Shown here: positions 58,589 to 64,000 of the stretch, piece after piece | Layout of the letters: each line of letters starts with the position of its first letter | Position numbering within the stretch: position 1 is the stretch's first letter | Program-made: the position numbers and the translations under genes | From: a virus | Taxonomy: Duplodnaviria; Caudoviricetes | Length of the DNA stretch: 64,000 bases | Direction: 5' to 3' (one strand) | IMG/VR virus record: IMGVR_UViG_3300020045_004648 | Location: 20,369 to 84,368 of that record | Notes under the pieces: generated by a model | The model's database searches: none | What the model saw: the letters and a program-made list of their open reading frames with translations, nothing else | What the model was told of the DNA's origin: nothing

Positions 58589-59367
58589 TATCGTGACTTT
58601 CTAAACTGTTTATCTACATCAGCACGAGAAACTACAGTTTCCATCCCTTTTTCGTCTGCAATCATCTCTTCCTCGAATGCCACTACAAAATCACGGACTA
58701 CATCGGACCTGCAAATCTGATCACGAGTAAAAGTAATAAATTCACAATCTGGAATGTTGTACTTTTGTACAATCTTGTTGAGGTATGTCAGACCATCCAT
58801 CCCGTTCTTAACGTCTGTCTGATTGCCTGTATTATCACCACAGAAAATCATCTGTGCATTCTCACCAATACGAGTAGTCAGTGCTTGCACTTCAGGAACA
58901 AAAAGAGACTGGCTTTCATCTACAATAATAATTGCATCTGACCAACTACGACCACGGATAGTCTCAAGTGAACAAATTTCAATTGTCTTATTCTTAATGT
59001 GGATTTCAGTAGTAGCCTTACCTAGGAAGTCTTCAAAGTAATCTACCATCTGTTGATAGAATGGCAAAAGCTTCATATCTGCGTCCCCAGGCAGCATTCC
59101 AATTGTCCGTCCAGCTAGTGGCTGGTAGGCACGAATAAGAATAATCTTCTTGATGTCACCATAGTGCAACTTCTTAGCTGCGTGGTAGCAAGCAAGCAAC
59201 GTTTTACCAACACCTGCACTACCTTGAGCCACTACGATTGTGTTGTATTTAAGTGCCTCTTGTAAGTCCTTCTGTTTGTCGTTCAAAGGGTTCAACGATG
59301 GGAACTGGTTTCGTTGGAACTTTTCTTTTTGGACTCGGTCAGTCTGTACTTTTTGACTACGTTTCAT
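58588..59367 (-). CDS. phoH: PhoH-like ATPase
   Basis: GSAGVGKT, IRGRSW, IIVDESQ, TRIGE, CGDNTGNQTD. Confidence 0.9.
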   Translation of the reverse strand: MKRSQKVQTDRVQKEKFQRNQFPSLNPLNDKQKDLQEALKYNTIVVAQGSAGVGKTLLACYHAAKKLHYGDIKKIILIRAYQPLAGRTIGMLPGDADMKLLPFYQQMVDYFEDFLGKATTEIHIKNKTIEICSLETIRGRSWSDAIIIVDESQSLFVPEVQALTTRIGENAQMIFCGDNTGNQTDVKNGMDGLTYLNKIVQKYNIPDCEFITFTRDQICRSDVVRDFVVAFEEEMIADEKGMETVVSRADVDKQFRKSR

Positions 59368-59393
59368 TGAACCTCCTTTAAGTGTTATAAACC

Positions 59394-59750
59394 TTACTCG
59401 CTCTTAGCCTTACGCCCCCGCTTAGGAGCCTCTACAACCTCTTTTGTCACCTCTTGGCTACTATCCCCTTCCTGAGTGCTTTCAAGAGGCACAGAGACGA
59501 TTTTAAGGCTTTCTGTGGGGGTTGCTACACCATTCGTAACTTCTGCTGTAAACAACTCAATCTTTGGTTTGACTTCTTGTGGTTCTTGCTTTACCATTGT
59601 TGTAATCAGTTGATACCCAATCATCACAGGACACCGTGTGTTGTCCTTAAAGTCCAAACTAAAGCCATCCTTGACAGCCTTCTCAATTTCTGCTACAAAC
59701 GATAGGAGGTCGTAACAGTGAATCAATCGGGTTTCTTTAAAGTTTTGCAT
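59394..59750 (-). CDS. Hypothetical protein
   Basis: AAGGA SD. Confidence 0.65.
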   Translation of the reverse strand: MQNFKETRLIHCYDLLSFVAEIEKAVKDGFSLDFKDNTRCPVMIGYQLITTMVKQEPQEVKPKIELFTAEVTNGVATPTESLKIVSVPLESTQEGDSSQEVTKEVVEAPKRGRKAKSE

Positions 59751-59853
59751 TGTTGAATTATCCTTTCAGAGATAAGGTTAGATAAAATAGAAGATTTCTT
59801 CTGTGCTAAGATGTAATTATAGCATGTGAAACTGCATTTAACAAGGGGGGATA

Positions 59854-60246
59854 ATGATTATTTATAGACTAGAAAACTACAAAGGTAATGGTCCTTTTCA
59901 CGCCACACAAGGAATGGTGTCTGAACTTGTGCCGCACTATGACCCGACAGAGACGAAAATGTTGCACTCTAGTGGGATATGCTTAGAAGAATTTGAACGG
60001 ATTACTGACTGTGGTGCTGTCTTTGGTTGGGAAGATTCGGGTAAAATGCTGGCATTCTTTAAAGATATAAAGAGTGCTACAAAAACAGCAGCAAGGATGA
60101 GGTTCAAAATTTCAGTGTATGAAAGCAACACATTCTTCCGGTTTCTTGATGGGCAGGTTCTTTTTCTAAGATACGAATCTCCATTGTGTAGGTACACCCT
60201 GAAAGAACTGTCTGACAACAAGATAGACAAAGAAAGATTTGTGTGA
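59854..60246 (+). CDS. Hypothetical protein
   Basis: GGGGGA SD; IYRLE...GPF start. Confidence 0.65.
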   Translation: MIIYRLENYKGNGPFHATQGMVSELVPHYDPTETKMLHSSGICLEEFERITDCGAVFGWEDSGKMLAFFKDIKSATKTAARMRFKISVYESNTFFRFLDGQVLFLRYESPLCRYTLKELSDNKIDKERFV

Positions 60247-60276
60247 TAAACTTAGAGTTTTAAGAAAGGAACTTGA

Positions 60277-60564
60277 ATGAAACAAGGTTGGATTTGGAAA
60301 AGTGAAAAGTACGGTGTGTGGTTTCTTCCACGACAAACAGTGATTGACGACTGGAAGCAAGATCACAAATCAGCTTACAATGAAGATAGAGAGCCTGAAA
60401 ATGATGAAGTACGGATTTGGTTGGATGAACAAACGGGCTGGTGTGAAGTTGCTAATAATGGGGTTCAGATTAAAGAGCCTGATATGAACTACTGGAAGAA
60501 GTTGTTCCTTGAACAAATGAAAAGGGACACTAATTGGGCAGACAGTATTACGGAGGTAAAATGA
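60277..60564 (+). CDS. Hypothetical protein
   Basis: AAGGA SD. Confidence 0.65.
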   Translation: MKQGWIWKSEKYGVWFLPRQTVIDDWKQDHKSAYNEDREPENDEVRIWLDEQTGWCEVANNGVQIKEPDMNYWKKLFLEQMKRDTNWADSITEVK

Positions 60565-60851
60565 AACCAAGCGATATAATCAACCCACATGAAACATCTT
60601 TGCAAGGACGCAGCCCCGCTGTGGCCGCTTTACACGGAGACTATAAGTACATCAAGGCTGCACTTGAGAGTTTGAGTGCTACGGTATTAAATCAACAACA
60701 AAAGATTCAAAAGCTACAAGCCTTTGTTGCTTACTATGCAACCTGCCCTTGCTGTAATGAAGATGAAGAGTGTAGTGAAGGGTGTACGTTTAAAGAAGAT
60801 GACTGGAATGCTTATGATATGATGCAATTAGCAAGGGAGGCTATGAAATGA
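60561..60851 (+). CDS. Hypothetical protein with CPCC...CSEGC cluster
   Basis: GGAGG SD, ATGA coupling. Confidence 0.6.
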   Translation: MKPSDIINPHETSLQGRSPAVAALHGDYKYIKAALESLSATVLNQQQKIQKLQAFVAYYATCPCCNEDEECSEGCTFKEDDWNAYDMMQLAREAMK

Positions 60852-61129
60852 GTGAAAAACAAACAGAAGTACAACGACTTGCTAAACAGTTAGAAGACGA
60901 TTGGTACATTTATGAAGCAGGGCAATCAATACTAGATGCATCTGCTGAACTTATCAATATGCATACTGCAAACGCAGAGTTAGTCAATGCATTACGAGTA
61001 GCATTCCTTGCACTTGATGCAATCTCTAAGGAAATGACTGTAGGTGAACGCTACACAAACGCAGGGCAGTATTTGATTGATGCACTTCCAGTTGTTCGTG
61101 AAGCACTTGAGAAACATGGGGGTGAATAA
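60848..61129 (+). CDS. Hypothetical protein
   Basis: Coupled ORF. Confidence 0.6.
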   Translation: MSEKQTEVQRLAKQLEDDWYIYEAGQSILDASAELINMHTANAELVNALRVAFLALDAISKEMTVGERYTNAGQYLIDALPVVREALEKHGGE

Positions 61130-61407
61130 TGACTGAAGGTATAACACTACGAGATTACTTTATTGCTCATGCACCAACAGAACCTTGGGATTGGTTTGAA
61201 CCTGTAATGCCCCCAGCACCTAAACCTACACCTCAAAAGAACTTCTATGGTGACTGCAGGCACTTACCAGAGTACTTACAGTACCAACAAGATATTGCTA
61301 ATGCTCGTGATGAAATAGGCAAGTGGGATAAAGAGAAAGAAAGACAACGAATGATTCAATGGCCTATATTTTGGGCAGATACTATGTTGGAGGCACGTGA
61401 GAAATGA
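61129..61407 (+). CDS. Hypothetical phage protein
   Basis: TLRDYF...ADTML motif common in small phage proteins. Confidence 0.65.
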   Translation: MTEGITLRDYFIAHAPTEPWDWFEPVMPPAPKPTPQKNFYGDCRHLPEYLQYQQDIANARDEIGKWDKEKERQRMIQWPIFWADTMLEAREK

Positions 61408-62618
61408 CACAACAAATTGAAGTACTGGATGCTCTACCAGGATCAGGTAAGACGTACGCTATTCTAGAATACATCTCTAAGCACAAAGAAATTCCTTGGC
61501 TTTATATCACTCCAATGCTGAGTGAACTGGAGAACCGTATTCCAGAAATGTCAGATAGGCTTGATTTGGAGTTTATGATTCCAGAGAGCACGAGTTCTTA
61601 CACAAAAAGCAGTCAAGTCTTAGAATTCCTTCGTGAAGGTAAGCACATCGCTTGTACACACGAACTAACCTTGCGGTTTACACCTGAGCACATCAAAGAA
61701 ATCACAAGGCAAGGTTATCATGTAGTCTGTGATGAAGAACTTAGTTTGATTGAAGCATTCAAGCTGGGTAAAGATGATTTGGACTTCTTGCACAATCATA
61801 AACTTCTAGAGAAGGACACACAAAACTTAGGTAAAATGAAATTCCTTGATGAAGATATGAGTTATGAAGCTAAGTACGGTCAAGTAAAGAAACTCTGTGA
61901 TAGAGGTTGTCTTTATGGTGCTGTAGACAATGACAACATGCTTGTTACTTATCTCTCTCCTGATTTGATCTTAGCAGCAAAGAGATTTATTCTCTTGACC
62001 TATAACTTTGGTGGATCGGTCATGGGTGCATTCCTTGGTTTGCACAATATCACTCATTCTTACTTAGATATACCTTTGTATAGAGATAATTTAAATAATA
62101 AGCAAGAACTTATTGACTTGATTGAGTTTGTAGAACCTTTATCAGTAAAGAAATTCCTTGACAAGCAAGGCTTGTATGCCCTATCTGCTGGTTGGTGGGA
62201 TAGAAATATTACAGATAAACACATCAATCATGATAAGGTTAAGAAATTACTTGCAAGCTTACCTAAGACACAAAAGGTTCCAAGTGGTAAGGTATTCTAC
62301 ACAATTCCTGTTGGTGCACTACCGAAGGTAAAAAGTACAAATGCTTCTGCTTCTAATCTTTTGTCATTTAACATCAGAGCTACGAATGATTACGAAGATA
62401 AAGAATATGCTATTCATGCTCTGAATGTCTTCAGTAATGTAACCGTGAGTTCTTATTTGAAAGGTTATGGATTCGTCATTGATGAAGATGCTTACGCTTT
62501 GAACACAGCGATACAGTGGTTGTTCAGAGGGTGCATTCGTAAAAGAGAAAAGAAGATGAAAGTAACCTTCTTGTCTAAGAGGATGAATGCACTGTTTAAG
62601 AGTTGGCTTCTTATATAA
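61404..62618 (+). CDS. Helicase-like P-loop NTPase (SF2-like)
   Basis: ALPGSGKT, YITP, VVCDEE, QWLFRGCIR. Confidence 0.75.
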   Translation: MTQQIEVLDALPGSGKTYAILEYISKHKEIPWLYITPMLSELENRIPEMSDRLDLEFMIPESTSSYTKSSQVLEFLREGKHIACTHELTLRFTPEHIKEITRQGYHVVCDEELSLIEAFKLGKDDLDFLHNHKLLEKDTQNLGKMKFLDEDMSYEAKYGQVKKLCDRGCLYGAVDNDNMLVTYLSPDLILAAKRFILLTYNFGGSVMGAFLGLHNITHSYLDIPLYRDNLNNKQELIDLIEFVEPLSVKKFLDKQGLYALSAGWWDRNITDKHINHDKVKKLLASLPKTQKVPSGKVFYTIPVGALPKVKSTNASASNLLSFNIRATNDYEDKEYAIHALNVFSNVTVSSYLKGYGFVIDEDAYALNTAIQWLFRGCIRKREKKMKVTFLSKRMNALFKSWLLI

Positions 62619-62933
62619 ATTATGACCCCCTTCATAATAATTTCTAAAAAGTTCTTATAAATCAATGGTTTAGGAGGGAAAACCCTAAAAGATGAGAATA
62701 ATATAAAACAAAGACTCCTACATCCCACCTTCAGTGCTAAATCCTTACATCTGCACAAACAAATATCACCTTCATGCTTGCATGACTGAGTGAAATCGTG
62801 TACACTAGGCACAAAGTACAGCCTTCGTTGGTGCTTGGTTGAGTAAATAATTATTCTTAGAAGTTGTATTTTCTTTGATTTATATAACTGTATGGATATT
62901 TGTAAGTGTATTTTTAATAAAGAAAGGAAATAA

Positions 62934-63629
62934 ATGCGATACATGGGTGGTAAAGTACGTATAGCTAAATATCTTGTACCTGTACTACAAGAAAGACTAA
63001 AAGACAAAGAAACCTTTGTGGACTTATTCTGTGGAAGTTGTAATATAATAAGTGCAATAAAGGCACCTAAAAGGATTGCTAATGATCTGCACAAAGAACT
63101 TATTGCTTTACATAAAGCCGTGCAATCAGGGTGGGTTCCACCTTCGGTTATTACAGAACAAGACTACAAGCAAGCAAAGGATCAAGAGGATCATCTAAAG
63201 GCTTTCATTGGTTTTGGATGTAGCTTTAGTGGTAAATACTTTGGTGGGTATGCGAGAGGTGGTGAAGGTAGGAACTACGCTTTGAATGCTAAGAATACTC
63301 TTCTGAAGAAGCATGAGTCTATGAAAGACGTTCAGTTCTTTAATTTGTCTTACAATGAAGTGCAGATACCAGATAATTCTTTGGTATACTGTGACATTCC
63401 ATACAAAGGGACCACAGAGTACAGCACTATTTCATTCAATCATGAAGAATTCTATTCTTGGTGCAAAGACATGAAGATTAAAGGTCATGATGTTGTAGTG
63501 TCGGAATATCTTTGTAATGTTCCTGAAGGTTGGGAAGTAATCTGGAAGCATGAAAGTAAGAAAGACATGCGAAGTAAAGAAGGTGTGCAAGAAAGTACGG
63601 TTGAGGTGCTGATGGCACCTTCTTTATAA
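62934..63629 (+). CDS. N6-adenine DNA methyltransferase (D12/Dam-like class)
   Basis: RYMGGK, FVDLFCGS, ANDL, VYCDIPY (DPPY variant). Confidence 0.88.
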   Translation: MRYMGGKVRIAKYLVPVLQERLKDKETFVDLFCGSCNIISAIKAPKRIANDLHKELIALHKAVQSGWVPPSVITEQDYKQAKDQEDHLKAFIGFGCSFSGKYFGGYARGGEGRNYALNAKNTLLKKHESMKDVQFFNLSYNEVQIPDNSLVYCDIPYKGTTEYSTISFNHEEFYSWCKDMKIKGHDVVVSEYLCNVPEGWEVIWKHESKKDMRSKEGVQESTVEVLMAPSL

Positions 63630-63884
63630 GTGGGGTTATTCACAACCTTAACTTTTCTGTGCTTTATTGCACTTCTATAAATAAATCAACAAGAAATCTT
63701 TGTGTTAGGTCCGTAATCCTAGTCCTTAAGTCCATAAGGATTGTCTTTACGGACATAGCATACTCAGTTTAGGTATGATCAACCCTAGATTGGGTTTGTT
63801 TGAGTGTTGTGTAAATGATACAGCATAATTGATTAAGTTGTGCTAGAATAATTGCTATCTTAAATTTTAATGAAAGGATGTGAA

Positions 63885-64000
63885 ATGAACACCATTGACC
63901 GTATCAAAGGTTGTAGACTTATCTGGATCAACCAGAGGTGGAATCTTTACCTGCATGGGGATGAGTCTGTACGCTCTCTTGTAGATGAAGAATTCCAATA
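63885..64000 (+). CDS. Hypothetical protein, partial
   Basis: AAGGA SD; open to the window edge. Confidence 0.5.
   Translation, partial: MNTIDRIKGCRLIWINQRWNLYLHGDESVRSLVDEEFQ

Noticed and set aside
1-64000. CRISPR array, diversity-generating retroelement, retron, integrase or repressor
   Set aside because: No spaced repeat array, no reverse-transcriptase YxDD ORF, and no recognisable recombinase or CI-like gene seen.

Overview
This 64 kb window is most of the genome of a lytic, long-tailed (siphovirus-type) dsDNA bacteriophage. The host is probably Gram-negative, given the two-component spanins and SAR-like endolysin; I cannot name it. The rightward arm (about 1.1-29 kb) carries small early genes behind tandem sigma70 promoters, a T7-gp4-like primase/helicase, an A-family DNA polymerase split by an ORF-less group I intron, an exonuclease, endonuclease VII, nucleotide-metabolism genes (dCMP deaminase, ThyX-like, class II NrdJ, MazG-like, DUF5664-like) and two tRNA/tRNA-like genes. 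The leftward arm (about 29-59.7 kb) carries lysis, tail, head and packaging genes, several free-standing homing endonucleases, ClpP-like and PhoH-like genes. A second rightward block (59.8-64 kb) has a helicase-like gene and an adenine methyltransferase. The most unusual features are: (1) an RNA-dense locus upstream of the terminase genes, with an ORF-free ~520-nt multi-helix region (GOLLD/ROOL-like candidate), a degenerate CAU tRNA and a second ~135-nt structured element; (2) a Leu-type tRNA mimic whose anticodon arm is replaced by a short T-loop-like hairpin; (3) a 1442-bp GC-richer cassette inserted at a 7-bp direct repeat into one of two copies of a small gene, where removing it restores the paralog's C-terminus exactly; (4) the ORF-less polA intron with an adjacent free-standing HNH gene. 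All calls come from reading motifs by eye; no database search, folding or GC calculation was run.
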